Positions 9,627 to 19,444 of a stretch of 64,000 nt of DNA are shown here, in pieces (the first letter of the stretch is position 1; every line of letters starts with the position of its first letter). The notes beneath the pieces were generated by a model, which searched no databases, was not told the DNA's origin, and saw only the letters and a program-made list of their open reading frames with translations. The position numbers and the translations under genes were made by a program. The stretch covers positions 1 to 64,000 of IMG/VR virus record IMGVR_UViG_2772190776_000003; one strand, 5' to 3'. This DNA is from a virus. Lineage: Duplodnaviria; Caudoviricetes.

Positions 9627-10982
9627 TTACTTGCTGTTCACGCCAAATGCGCGATCCCAGCCCGCGGAAATAGCTGCAGGGCCTGCATTTGCCTGCGTGG
9701 CTACGGCTTCCACGCCAGACACATCAGGGTTGCCCATGGCCGCCATGGCTGCAGCAAACGGATTGGCAGGTGCAGCAGCGGCAGCAGGTGCGGCGTCCAG
9801 GAAGCCCTTGGCCTGCTCGGCACTCAGGCCTGTGGCAATGCACTGCTGGGTGATCAATGGGTTGGCCGCTGCATTGGCATGCCCCAGGATGGCGGTCACG
9901 CGGGCACGCTCTGCCTGCACGCCATCGGCATAGGTCTTGCCCTGTTCAGGAGCTGCCGACGCAGCTGCGGCCGCTTCAGCAGCAGGCGTAATGGCACCAG
10001 CGGATGCAGTCGTAGCTGCAGCCGCTGCATTCGCGGATGCTTGATTCATAGTGGTTCCTTCAGATTGGTGAGACATACCCACGCCCGTTGACACGGCATG
10101 AGTGCGCCGGGCCGCCAGCTCAGCCACCACCGCATCCACAGTGCCGATGCGGTCTGCCAAGCGCGTGGCAACAGCTGCCACGCCCCGGTACACGGCTGCG
10201 CGCGTGTTGCGCACCGCCTGCTCATCCAGCCCACGGTGCTTGGCCACGGCCTGGATAAACATCTGATAAAGCCCCTCAATGTCGGCCTGCAGCGTGGCGC
10301 GCACGCCCTCAGGCAGGGGCTGGTATGGGTTGCCGTCGATCTTGTGTTCACCGGCAAAGATGTGTGTGACGTTGATGCCGTCATTGGCAAGTGCGCGGCT
10401 GAAGTCCACATGGCGCATCACCACACCGATGGACCCCACATAAGAAGTCGGTGTGAGCACCACTTCATCCGCTGCACTGGCCGCCAGATAGGCAGCACTT
10501 GCAGCCATGCCATCTGCAATGGCCACAATGGGTTTGCTGCCACGGGCGGCAAAAATGCGCTCTGCCAGCTCAAAAGCGCCAGAGACTTCACCGCCGGGGC
10601 TGTCGAGCACCAAGGCAATGGCATGCACATCACTGCGGCCAAGGGCATCTTCCATGTCGGCTGCAATGTCGTTGTAGCCAATGAGCAGGCTGCTGTTGGC
10701 ATCAATCCTGGTGCGGTGCACCAGAGCGCCCATGGCGGTGATGACGGCCACCCCATCCAACACACGGTAGCCGCGCTCGGTACGCTCACCACGGCGGGTG
10801 CTGAACATTTCAGCAGGCAGTGCAGCCTGGGCCGTCAGATCTGCGGCCTCAAAGCGCAAACCGTCTGCACCCAGCAGGCGGCCACCAAGGCCGGCCAAAA
10901 TGGCGTCGAGCTTTTGGGGATGGACCAACAGCGGCGTGTTGAACACACGCGCTGCAAGATGGGGGTACATGCGGCTGCTCAT
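9627..10982 (-). CDS. S49 family head maturation protease with scaffold tail (gpC/Nu3-like)
   Basis: DSPGG, AASAAY and GSIGV motifs, Ala-rich C-terminal scaffold. Confidence 0.92.
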   Translation of the reverse strand: MSSRMYPHLAARVFNTPLLVHPQKLDAILAGLGGRLLGADGLRFEAADLTAQAALPAEMFSTRRGERTERGYRVLDGVAVITAMGALVHRTRIDANSSLLIGYNDIAADMEDALGRSDVHAIALVLDSPGGEVSGAFELAERIFAARGSKPIVAIADGMAASAAYLAASAADEVVLTPTSYVGSIGVVMRHVDFSRALANDGINVTHIFAGEHKIDGNPYQPLPEGVRATLQADIEGLYQMFIQAVAKHRGLDEQAVRNTRAAVYRGVAAVATRLADRIGTVDAVVAELAARRTHAVSTGVGMSHQSEGTTMNQASANAAAAATTASAGAITPAAEAAAAASAAPEQGKTYADGVQAERARVTAILGHANAAANPLITQQCIATGLSAEQAKGFLDAAPAAAAAPANPFAAAMAAMGNPDVSGVEAVATQANAGPAAISAGWDRAFGVNSK

Positions 10983-12565
10983 GCGGATACCTCTTTGTCT
11001 TTTACGGGGTCGTCCTGCTCAGGCCCTTGCTTGCCGACCACCCACTGCGCCGCAGCAGGTGCCGCAACACCCAGCTCTGCACGGCGTTTTTGCTCCACGG
11101 CCTGCTGCACCAGAACTTCCTCCCAGTCCAGGCCCTGCTCTGCGCACTCCTGCTCCAGCGTGGAAACGCCGATTTCCAGCCGCAGCTTGGCGGCCGTGAT
11201 TTCTTTGACGGGGTCCACCCAGCCACGGCCACCGAACACAAAGCGGCAGCGGCAGTAGGCGTAGCGGTTGGCGTAGAAGTCGGGCGCTTCAATCACACCG
11301 GCATTCACGGCCTCTTCCAGCCACAGCTCGTAGATGGGCTTGAGCCAGTGCGTCATGAGCCAGCGGCGGCGGCCCTGGAAGTAGCGCCAGGCCTCCAGCA
11401 GCACGGCACGGGCGCTGGAATAGTTCAGGCGGCTGAAATCTTTGGCGAACAGCTCATAGGGCAGGTTCATGCCTGCGGCGATGCGCCGTTCCACCGCCTG
11501 CATGAAAGCCTCAAACGCCACATTGGGGCGGCTGGGAGCAAAACTCTGCAGGCGTGCGCCAGCAGGCAACGGGATGACAGCTGCGCCCTGCAGCTTGCCA
11601 ATGCTTTGCGCCTGCTTGACGGACTTGCCCCAGGCCTCGCGGGGATCGTCGCCAAACAGGGCTGCTGCAGATTCCTGGTCCAGGTTGGATTCCAGGAAGG
11701 CGGCCACCAGCGAGTTGGCCAAGCTGGCCTGCAGCTCGTTCTGCGCATACTTGCCCGCCATGTGGAATTCGCGCATCACGGCGCTCACAATGGGCTTGCC
11801 GCGCGATTGGCCTGTGCGCTCTTTGGCATGCAAGTGCACCACCCGGCGACGCCCCCAAGGCGTGAAGGCAGGCACACGCTCCCAGCGGTACAGATCGTGC
11901 ACTTCATGCCCGCTCAGGTATGGCGCATCGCCAGGGTGTGCTGCGCGGAAGTGATAGGCCACAGGGGCACCGTTGGTGTCGTACTCAATGCCACGGCGAA
12001 TACGGGCCATGCCCTCCAGGTGTGGAGGCGTCTCCAGCCGGTCAGACTCAATCAGGCACAGGCGGGTAGCCCATGGGCTGTCTGGGCGGGGCAGCCATTT
12101 GGGAATAGCCACTGCATCACCATTGAGCATTTCGCCGCTCAGGGCCAGCACTGTCATGCCCAGCAGGTCCAGCGTGCGGGCGGCATCGCAATCCGTGGTC
12201 TCTGCCCAGCTGCGGAAATGGGCCTCCACCTTGTTGCCCCACTCCCGCGCCTGCTCTACGGACCAGCCCAGCAGGCGGTAGTCCGGCATGGCAGAAAGGC
12301 GCAGCACCGCACCCACAATGTTGTCACGGTGGGTCTGCAGGCCACCGGCCATGAGGCCGTCATTGCGTGCCAGGTCACGGCTGCGGCTGGTGAGTGCGCC
12401 CAGTTCAGGCAGCAGATCAGCATCTGGGCTGCCCAGGCCGGGCTGCCAGTCACGCAGTGCCAGGTCGGTGTGAGACGCGCCCTGGTACGCAGACATGCTG
12501 GCACCCGCTGCCACAGAGGCAGCTGCGCGAGTACGGCGGGAGAGAGATTGCTTGCGCCCCATCAC
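10979..12565 (-). CDS. Portal protein, lambda family
   Basis: RSRDLARN, NYSSAR and WVDPVKE motifs. Confidence 0.93.
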   Translation of the reverse strand: MMGRKQSLSRRTRAAASVAAGASMSAYQGASHTDLALRDWQPGLGSPDADLLPELGALTSRSRDLARNDGLMAGGLQTHRDNIVGAVLRLSAMPDYRLLGWSVEQAREWGNKVEAHFRSWAETTDCDAARTLDLLGMTVLALSGEMLNGDAVAIPKWLPRPDSPWATRLCLIESDRLETPPHLEGMARIRRGIEYDTNGAPVAYHFRAAHPGDAPYLSGHEVHDLYRWERVPAFTPWGRRRVVHLHAKERTGQSRGKPIVSAVMREFHMAGKYAQNELQASLANSLVAAFLESNLDQESAAALFGDDPREAWGKSVKQAQSIGKLQGAAVIPLPAGARLQSFAPSRPNVAFEAFMQAVERRIAAGMNLPYELFAKDFSRLNYSSARAVLLEAWRYFQGRRRWLMTHWLKPIYELWLEEAVNAGVIEAPDFYANRYAYCRCRFVFGGRGWVDPVKEITAAKLRLEIGVSTLEQECAEQGLDWEEVLVQQAVEQKRRAELGVAAPAAAQWVVGKQGPEQDDPVKDKEVSA

Positions 12566-12789
12566 TACACCAGATAGATGGGGCCACGACGCTTGCCAGT
12601 GCGGCTGTCAAGCTCTTCATGGATGGCTTGAATTTGCCGCTCAATCTGGGTCGTGTCCTGATTGAACTGAACGGAGCGGCCGCCCCCGCTGGCTGTGGTG
12701 GGCAAGGTCAAGCGCGCCTCCAGCGCCTGCATCAGCTTGTCGCGCTTGGCCTGGAGTTGCTCAACAGAAAGATGGCGGTAGATACCCAT
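12565..12789 (-). CDS. Head-tail joining protein gpW
   Basis: 74 aa coupled to the portal, GRSVQF motif. Confidence 0.8.
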   Translation of the reverse strand: MGIYRHLSVEQLQAKRDKLMQALEARLTLPTTASGGGRSVQFNQDTTQIERQIQAIHEELDSRTGKRRGPIYLV

Positions 12790-12796
12790 GCGCCGA

Positions 12797-12840
12797 ATGG
12801 TCGGCGAGGTGCTGCGAACAAACCAGACGAACTAGTTCGC
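12797..12840 (-). promoter_or_regulatory. Candidate activator-dependent late promoter for the gpW-head operon
   Basis: Palindrome CGAACTAGTTCG upstream and a GACCAT -10-like hexamer 7 nt before the gpW ATG. Confidence 0.4.
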
Positions 12841-13063
12841 TAAATTTTGTCGCAGGCGGCTAGGGCTTATGCAGCAAAGAAGTCAACAATCAATTTAATA
12901 GCATTTTTGTGGAAACCGGGCACTCAATGACCATTGCGCATTCCCCAAACAGGCAGAGCCATGTCTGAATGGATCTCCATTGTTATCCGCCTATTTTTGG
13001 GTGCCGCAACAGCGTGCATCACGGTCAGACCTGCATGCCATCGTGAAGCAACATACAAAAAAA

Positions 13064-13180
13064 AGATGCCATTGCATCCATTTAAAACAATCAATGCTGC
13101 AGAAAATAAAAAAAGATGCAAAAGCATCTATTGATTGCCGTGCATAGCCATATGTGGTAAAAATAGATGAAAAGGCATCT
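13064..13180. promoter_or_regulatory. Three palindromic operators of the hipBA-like operon
   Basis: AGATGC-N4-GCATCC (13064), AGATGC-N4-GCATCT (13114), AGATGA-N4-GCATCT (13165). Confidence 0.7.
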
Positions 13181-13189
13181 TTTAACACC

Positions 13190-13498
13190 ATGAAACACAG
13201 CATCCACACCGTCGCAGACCTCGGCCTGATTTTGCGTGCAGTACGTAAAAGCCAAGGCTTGCGCCTGGACGATTTGGCAGGCAGCGCAGGCGTTGGCCAT
13301 GTGTTTGCCCGTGAGGTGGAGCACGGCAAAGCAACCGTGCAGATGGGCCGCGTACTCAAGCTGCTTCAAGAAGCAGGCCTTCAGCTTACCGTAGACATCC
13401 CATCCAGCGCGCTGGAGCAATTTGAAGCGCTGCAATCCACGGGCCTCAAACCTCTGAAGCCACGTACACGCAGCAGCAACGCAAAGGCCAAGGCATGA
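13190..13498 (+). CDS. hipB: XRE-family HTH antitoxin (HipB-like)
   Basis: LGLILRAVRKSQGL...EHGK HTH, overlaps the hipA start. Confidence 0.8.
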   Translation: MKHSIHTVADLGLILRAVRKSQGLRLDDLAGSAGVGHVFAREVEHGKATVQMGRVLKLLQEAGLQLTVDIPSSALEQFEALQSTGLKPLKPRTRSSNAKAKA

Positions 13499-14787
13499 GC
13501 ACGGCACGCCAGCTTCTTGTGCGCATCAATGACGCCACAGTGGGCACCCTCAGCACCCAAGACGACATCTGGCGCTTTGCCTACGCCCCTGAATGGATAG
13601 CAAGCCCCAAAGCATTTGCGCTGGCTCCAGGACTGCCGCTTTCAGAAGCCGAATATGTAGACGGAGCCAGCCAACGCCCCGTGCAGTGGTACTTTGACAA
13701 CCTGCTGCCCGAAGAACAACTGCGCAGCGTGTTGGCCAAAGAAGCCCAAATTGATGAGGCAGACGCTTTTGGCCTGCTGGGCTACTTTGGCGCAGAGTCA
13801 GCAGGCTCACTGGTGCTGGCTGCACCCGATGCAACCGCTGCAGCAACGGGGCTGCAACCTCTGCCTCTGCCAGAGCTGAATGTCCGCATTCGCAACCTGC
13901 CCCGCGCCACGCTCACGCAAAAATCGCCCAAGCGCATGTCACTGGCGGGTGCGCAGCACAAAATGGTGGTGGTCTACCGCGATGAGCAACTGTTTGAGCC
14001 ACTGCCCGGCACGCCCTCCACCCACATCCTCAAGCCGGACAGCCAGTCTGCCGACTACCCGCACTCCGTCATCAACGAATACTTCAGCATGCGCCTGGCC
14101 GCAGCAGTGGGCTTGAACGTACCCGCCGTACACCGCCTTTATGCCCCAGAGCCTGCATACATTGTTGAGCGCTTTGACCGCCGCACAGGCCCGGATGGCA
14201 GCACCCAACGCCTGCACATCATTGATACCTGCCAGTTGCTGGCCAAGTCACGCGCCTTCAAATACGAGCAGGCAACCTTGGGCACACTGGTTCAGGCTGT
14301 AGAGCAATGCACCGCCAAAGCCGCCACACGCCTGCAGCTGTACCGTTGGCTGGTGTTTAACTACCTGCTGGGCAACGGTGACAACCACCTCAAAAACATC
14401 TCTTTCCTCATCAGCCACGCAGGCATACAACTCGCCCCCGCTTACGACTTGCTGTGCACCGCGGTGTATGACACCCGATCGTTCAGCGAAAGCCCCGTCT
14501 GGCCTAAAACCCAACTGGCGCTGAGCTTGGGCCAAGCCACCCAGTTTGAACACGTCAACCGCGCAGTCATGCTGCAGGCGGGGGCAGATTTAGGCTTGTC
14601 CAAAGGCACCGCAACACGCGAACTGGACAAAATGCTCAAAACACTGCCAGAGCATGCCGACCGACTGATCGCAGCAATTGAAGCCAGCTACCCTGCTCAG
14701 GCCACCAACTACCAGGCGGGTGAACTACGGCTGCTGCGCGCCATACGCCATGTGATCGTGCAAGACACACTCCAGCGCTTGCAATAA
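13495..14787 (+). CDS. hipA: HipA family kinase toxin
   Basis: Coupled N-terminal domain FDNLLPE, SLAGAQHK, HILKP, VERFDR, GNGDNHLKN, LAPAYD. Confidence 0.95.
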   Translation: MSTARQLLVRINDATVGTLSTQDDIWRFAYAPEWIASPKAFALAPGLPLSEAEYVDGASQRPVQWYFDNLLPEEQLRSVLAKEAQIDEADAFGLLGYFGAESAGSLVLAAPDATAAATGLQPLPLPELNVRIRNLPRATLTQKSPKRMSLAGAQHKMVVVYRDEQLFEPLPGTPSTHILKPDSQSADYPHSVINEYFSMRLAAAVGLNVPAVHRLYAPEPAYIVERFDRRTGPDGSTQRLHIIDTCQLLAKSRAFKYEQATLGTLVQAVEQCTAKAATRLQLYRWLVFNYLLGNGDNHLKNISFLISHAGIQLAPAYDLLCTAVYDTRSFSESPVWPKTQLALSLGQATQFEHVNRAVMLQAGADLGLSKGTATRELDKMLKTLPEHADRLIAAIEASYPAQATNYQAGELRLLRAIRHVIVQDTLQRLQ

Positions 14788-14804
14788 AGACCACCCAAAA
14801 ACAC

Positions 14805-14841
14805 AAAGCCCCTGCCAGCCAACGCCAGCAGGGGCTTTCTT
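14805..14841. terminator. Intrinsic terminator between convergent hipA and rha
   Basis: AAAGCCCCTGC...GCAGGGGCTTT hairpin. Confidence 0.7.
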
Positions 14842-14847
14842 CAAGCA

Positions 14848-14895
14848 AAATCAGCCGCTAACGCTTACCCAGCAAGCGCTAGCAGCTATCAAATT
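14848..14895 (-). repeat. REP-like palindromic element (Comamonadaceae type)
   Basis: GATAGCTGCTAGCGCTTGCTGGGTAAGCGTTAGCGGCTGATTT on the minus strand, similar copy at 37971. Confidence 0.55.
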
Positions 14896-14904
14896 TGAAA
14901 ACCC

Positions 14905-15744
14905 TCACCCAAGCACAGAGCGAGATGTGTCAGAAAGCCTTGGCTTGCGGTCGCGCTCGAGGCGGGGGGATACGGGCGCGGCCACGGCGGTGGAGGTGGT
15001 TGCAGCGGCGGCGGCTTTGTTGGCCGCGCGCAGCTCGCGTATCTGGGCGCGTTCGGAGAGTTGGTGGGCACAGGCGGTGACCAGTGCGGCCAGCTGCGCG
15101 TCGGAGGGGATGACGTCGTGCTTGGCGATGTGCTGGGTGAGCGCGTTCAGTGAGGTAACCATCTGGTCATCACCCACCACATGTGTCTGGGGAATGGTGG
15201 GCTGGCCATCACGGTCGTAGCCAAAGCTGAGCAGGTAGCGCACGCGACGCCAGTCACTGTTGCGGCCGGAGGCAATGGCCTCAAACACAGTCTGCGTCAC
15301 TTGCGCGGCGGCCTGGGCGGCCAGGCTGTGGGCCAGCTCAATGCGGGCGGGGTCGTAGGCGGGCTTTTGCAGCTCGGCCTCCATGCGGTTGAAGGCGGCG
15401 ATGTAAGCCAGCTTCCAGCGCAGTGCCTCTTTGCCGGTAAAGCCCATGGCAAGGAGCATGAAGCCTTCGCGGTTCATGCGGTAGGCTGGATCTTTCCGAG
15501 TTGCACCTTTGATGTTTGCAGCCCCTTCGATCTTTGTTTCTACAGAGGTCTGCGCAAAATTGCGCGCATCTGCTTCAGGCAGTTCTTGAATCAGATTCTT
15601 GATTGCACGCATGACGTCGCGATGGCGTTTGCCAAAGAACTGTGCGACTTGCACGCTGGTGGTGGTGACTGTGCCGTTGTGAATAGAAAGCTCAGGACGA
15701 GCGCAAACAGCGGATGCAGAAGAACCGGGAGTGATGTCAGCCAT
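14905..15744 (-). CDS. rha: Rha family phage regulatory/antirepressor protein
   Basis: TTSVQVAQFFGKRHRDVMRAI and REGFMLLAMGFTGKEALRWKLAYIAAFNRME. Start set at the ATG after AAGGAG. Confidence 0.9.
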   Translation of the reverse strand: MADITPGSSASAVCARPELSIHNGTVTTTSVQVAQFFGKRHRDVMRAIKNLIQELPEADARNFAQTSVETKIEGAANIKGATRKDPAYRMNREGFMLLAMGFTGKEALRWKLAYIAAFNRMEAELQKPAYDPARIELAHSLAAQAAAQVTQTVFEAIASGRNSDWRRVRYLLSFGYDRDGQPTIPQTHVVGDDQMVTSLNALTQHIAKHDVIPSDAQLAALVTACAHQLSERAQIRELRAANKAAAAATTSTAVAAPVSPRLERDRKPRLSDTSRSVLG

Positions 15745-16000
15745 AACAGGCTCCTTGACGACAGGTTTTGAACCCATCCTCTCCCCGACCAAAAGGAGGT
15801 GATGGACCGTGCAGGGTTGGTCGACCGGGTCAAGGAACCGGCACACCCTTGCGGGTGTCCCCACACGGCCCACCGTAAAGCGAAACCATGTGCACGCAGA
15901 CATGCTTAGAAAGCAAAAAGCCGCAACCAACTTTTTTGTGGCGCGGCTGCTGCGCCTTGACTACCGAGCGACCAAGCCCAGATCACGCTTACGGGCGTGA
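15745..16000 (-). ncRNA. C4-type antisense RNA and target leader upstream of rha
   Basis: 5' hairpin TCACGCCCGTAAGCGTGA. Seeds TTGGTCG and GTCAAGG are complementary to downstream CGACCAA and CCTTGAC. Confidence 0.7.
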
Positions 16001-16024
16001 TGTGCAGATTCTATGCGCTTTTCT

Positions 16025-17509
16025 TTACGCCTCCAACCGTCCGGACATCTCACAGACTTCTAAATATTTATTTAATTTAATAAATATTTCGTTTTCCTGC
16101 CCACTTCTTAAATTAAAAGATTGCATTACATAACCAGCAAGCCTTAACTCATCAAAATCAACCCTACTCCTACCATTCTTGGAAATAATTGAAATAATTG
16201 CAAAAGATTTCAAAAAATCTCCCCAAGTCCTTATGATAGTGCTATACGAAGAGCCATTTTTCAAAAAAATATGCTTACTCAATTTATCAAAACCATTACC
16301 TATTTGATTAAAATTTTCAATAAAATTTCTACTTATTAGCTTCTCAAGCTTTATTAAACACAACAATAAAAATATTATCTCTTCATGTGGCAATATTGAA
16401 TCACCTTTCTTAAGAAGTTCTAAACATATACGGAGCCTAGAAAACAAAGATTTTATCACTCTAAGATCAAAATTATAATTCAGACAAACAAACTCATAAA
16501 ATCTCAATGCATCCCCATTAAAACTTATTGAATCACTCAGGAGAGAAGATTTCGAATCCATAATACTCCTAAAATCGTCCAAAGAATATATATATTCTTT
16601 TATTGTTGGAGATGGTAACTTTAATCTATGATTAAAAAATCTATCCAAGTATCTATCTGCTTCGAAATTAGCACCATAAATTGTCCTAATTGACTCTTTT
16701 AATTGAAATATATTCACAGAAGATATAAAACATATACCTTTTGAATTAAAAATGTGTTTTACCACTTCCAGAAGGCGCACAGCATAATCCGGCCGACATC
16801 TGTCTAATTCATCAATAAAAATGAACACTGGGCCTATAGATGATTTTTTTCCACGCACCAAATCTTCTGCGACCCTAGACAATTCAGCTTTAAATTTCTC
16901 GATAAGCTGTATATTTTTATTGTGCGCTTTTAATTTTGTGTGGAGCGAGAAAGATGCAATTTCATTTTGTTCATCTTTCTCACTATCAAGAACCTCTTTA
17001 GTACTATCAGCAATTGATTTAGCTACTTCTTTAGCGACCTCGTCCGTAACCAGATAGCCAAGTGCTTTAACTCCTGCACCTTTCACTAGTTCTTGAGCAA
17101 TAGGCAGCAGCCGCTTTTGAGATTTTTTAATACTTTCGCTAGCTAATTTGACGCACCCCCTCTTATCCCAACGCTCCAGATCAGCGTAAATATGACTGAG
17201 AAAGCCAATCAACGGCTCATCAACAATGTCGTTCTTCCACGCATCGAACCGACTGACGAGATGGCCCTTAGCTTCCAAATCACGCATCCAGCAATTGATA
17301 AAAAAGCTTTTTCCACTACCCCAATCTCCATCAATTGCAAAGATTAATGCATTGTCTTCAGCTTCGCTTGTTTCCGCGAATTCAATCACTTGGTACAGAA
17401 AGTCTGCATAGCCTTTTCTATTTAACTTATCATTAGCCCAAATATTATTTATTTCTATTTCTTTATCTTGCAAAAGCATACATACCTTTAAATAAAAAAG
17501 CCACTTCAT
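16025..17509 (-). CDS. KAP family P-loop NTPase
   Basis: Walker A GDWGSGKS, RFDAW, Walker B FIDELDRCRP, YLDRFF. Very AT-rich. The start may be 17479. Confidence 0.9.
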   Translation of the reverse strand: MKWLFYLKVCMLLQDKEIEINNIWANDKLNRKGYADFLYQVIEFAETSEAEDNALIFAIDGDWGSGKSFFINCWMRDLEAKGHLVSRFDAWKNDIVDEPLIGFLSHIYADLERWDKRGCVKLASESIKKSQKRLLPIAQELVKGAGVKALGYLVTDEVAKEVAKSIADSTKEVLDSEKDEQNEIASFSLHTKLKAHNKNIQLIEKFKAELSRVAEDLVRGKKSSIGPVFIFIDELDRCRPDYAVRLLEVVKHIFNSKGICFISSVNIFQLKESIRTIYGANFEADRYLDRFFNHRLKLPSPTIKEYIYSLDDFRSIMDSKSSLLSDSISFNGDALRFYEFVCLNYNFDLRVIKSLFSRLRICLELLKKGDSILPHEEIIFLLLCLIKLEKLISRNFIENFNQIGNGFDKLSKHIFLKNGSSYSTIIRTWGDFLKSFAIISIISKNGRSRVDFDELRLAGYVMQSFNLRSGQENEIFIKLNKYLEVCEMSGRLEA

Positions 17510-17537
17510 TTACAGGAAGCAGCTTGAAACATAAATG

Positions 17538-17969
17538 TTATTTTTTACTTGATTTTGCTAATCTTCTTTTCCATTCGAGAGGATCACATTCTTCGCAAAT
17601 ATTAAATGCATCATGCCCATGTGTTGCTTGGAAAAATTTCCGCATTAATTCAAAAAGATCTTTCTGATAACTATTAACGCTTTCCGCAGAAAATGCAGCA
17701 GCGTGATCACGAACAAACATCATCATGCTTGGAAAGTCTGGCAGATAGACTTCATAGATATGATCACCTCGCAAACAAACATGCGCTAGAAATTCTCCTC
17801 TGTTCTCAGACTCATAAATCTGAATATGCGACAAATCTTCTCCACCGAATTCCATTGGTAAAGTTTTGAAATTTATCCTTATAAGATAATCATCAAAATC
17901 TTCACCATCTTCCCAATCCAATAAATGACAATCGTTAAACCATTCACCACGCTTGTATGTATACCGCAT
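17538..17969 (-). CDS. Hypothetical protein (acidic, C-terminal HxH...CxxC)
   Basis: 143 aa with strong RBS AGGAGG, in an AT-rich operon. Confidence 0.75.
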   Translation of the reverse strand: MRYTYKRGEWFNDCHLLDWEDGEDFDDYLIRINFKTLPMEFGGEDLSHIQIYESENRGEFLAHVCLRGDHIYEVYLPDFPSMMMFVRDHAAAFSAESVNSYQKDLFELMRKFFQATHGHDAFNICEECDPLEWKRRLAKSSKK

Positions 17970-17989
17970 ATCCAGCCTCCTCCTTTTAA

Positions 17990-18916
17990 TTAAATAGAAC
18001 GTAACTTGTATTTCTTTATCTCTGTCGCACTGACAGGATCACGAAATACGGTAACGCTTACAGGCAGATTTACGCTTTGCCCCAGGCGCATTGCGGACAC
18101 CACATCGGCTTGAGCTTTTGGCTTGAATTTAATATTTATTTTTTCACCAGATGCCGTAAGCAATTGGATACGGCCTGATGCTGAAAGCAAACTAACAGCA
18201 CCTGCTATTTCAGCATCTTTAGGCTCAGGGTCTTTAGTACTTTTTAAAAGTGTTCTGATGTGAATGACTTCTGAATAAGAAATCATTTTGCTTTTGGCTG
18301 CACCATTGGCATGCCATTTCACTTCCACAGAGCATTCCTCTTTTTCAATGGCATACAGCACGTCGTGCAGTGCATCAGCAGCCATTTCCCCCAAACCATC
18401 AATGGAGGCATAGAACTCTGCCGCATCCCTGCCGCTATTAAGTGTGTCAAATAAGTGTTCAACACCTTCAACTAGCGCTGTGGTGCCAGTCATGTCTGGC
18501 ATGGTGTTGCCAACAATAAATAAGCGGGCAGAGCCTTCTGCAAGGCCGGCGAGCTTGAGGTTCATTTCATTGGAGAAACTTTCGCCAGTGCCGTTTTCAG
18601 GCTCCTCATGGTTTCGGGCGAAATAGGCTGCGCGCAGCAATAGCTTGTTAAGGGGGTCTGACAGACGCGCCAAAAGCCCCATTGGCACTGCGCCGCCTTC
18701 TGTGCTTTGACCAATCAAGCGCCATTCAAGCGCTTGAGCCGCAAGTAAACCTTTTGCCTCTTCAAGCTGAATTTCGGCTTTTCTAGCAGCACCTAGTTGG
18801 TTTTTTGCTGCGATTTTAAGAAGCGGGTTTGCAGGGTCTTGTGCTGACCGCTGTGCCGTGATGGTGGCGAATTCACGCAGTTTTTCTGCGTGCTGCTGGA
18901 GAAAGGCGAGATTCAT
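17990..18916 (-). CDS. Hypothetical protein, partner of the nucleotidyltransferase
   Basis: 308 aa, 4-nt overlap with the upstream gene. Confidence 0.8.
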   Translation of the reverse strand: MNLAFLQQHAEKLREFATITAQRSAQDPANPLLKIAAKNQLGAARKAEIQLEEAKGLLAAQALEWRLIGQSTEGGAVPMGLLARLSDPLNKLLLRAAYFARNHEEPENGTGESFSNEMNLKLAGLAEGSARLFIVGNTMPDMTGTTALVEGVEHLFDTLNSGRDAAEFYASIDGLGEMAADALHDVLYAIEKEECSVEVKWHANGAAKSKMISYSEVIHIRTLLKSTKDPEPKDAEIAGAVSLLSASGRIQLLTASGEKINIKFKPKAQADVVSAMRLGQSVNLPVSVTVFRDPVSATEIKKYKLRSI

Positions 18917-19365
18917 ATCAAAACCTCCGCAATACCTTTGGCGGTCACTCGGTCGTGGCAGTACCCAAACATGCCCTTCCAGTAGGCCTCTTCGTGAATG
19001 ACCCGCTCTGGTGCGGGCATTGCAAGGTATACATCAAGCCCGTAAACAGCTTTGCAGGTTGGGTTATCAAAAAGCAATTCGGCCTGTGTTTGTTGGTCAT
19101 CATTGAAAGGCGCTTGAATCATGGGGGACCACATAATTAAGTCGATGTCATTGGGCGTTTCTTTTTCTGTAAGAAAAGAGCCGTCAAGCCACACGCAACC
19201 TGATAAGCCCAGTTGCTTGAGCTGCTGGCGCCAAGCCAAGAACCGACCAAAGAGGTCTGCTCGCTTTGTGCTGCCAGGGAAAGCTTCGACGGTTAAAACT
19301 TTGATCTCCTCAAGCGTCAGCCGGTGTAGCCCGGGCTGCAACAATGGCTTGGCATCTACCTTCAT
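18913..19365 (-). CDS. DUF6932-like minimal nucleotidyltransferase
   Basis: WLDGSFLTEKETPNDIDL matches the pol-beta-type GS...DxD motif, C-terminal KGI. Confidence 0.75.
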   Translation of the reverse strand: MKVDAKPLLQPGLHRLTLEEIKVLTVEAFPGSTKRADLFGRFLAWRQQLKQLGLSGCVWLDGSFLTEKETPNDIDLIMWSPMIQAPFNDDQQTQAELLFDNPTCKAVYGLDVYLAMPAPERVIHEEAYWKGMFGYCHDRVTAKGIAEVLI

Positions 19366-19444
19366 TTCGCTTCATGCGGACACCTAGTCGCACATGCCTC
19401 CTTGTTATTAGTGATGGCATGTTACACAACCGAATATCAGGCAC

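Noticed and set aside
759-12577. Long + strand ORFs such as 759-2540, 5367-6515 and 11027-12577
   Set aside because: These are antisense shadows of GC-rich structural genes.
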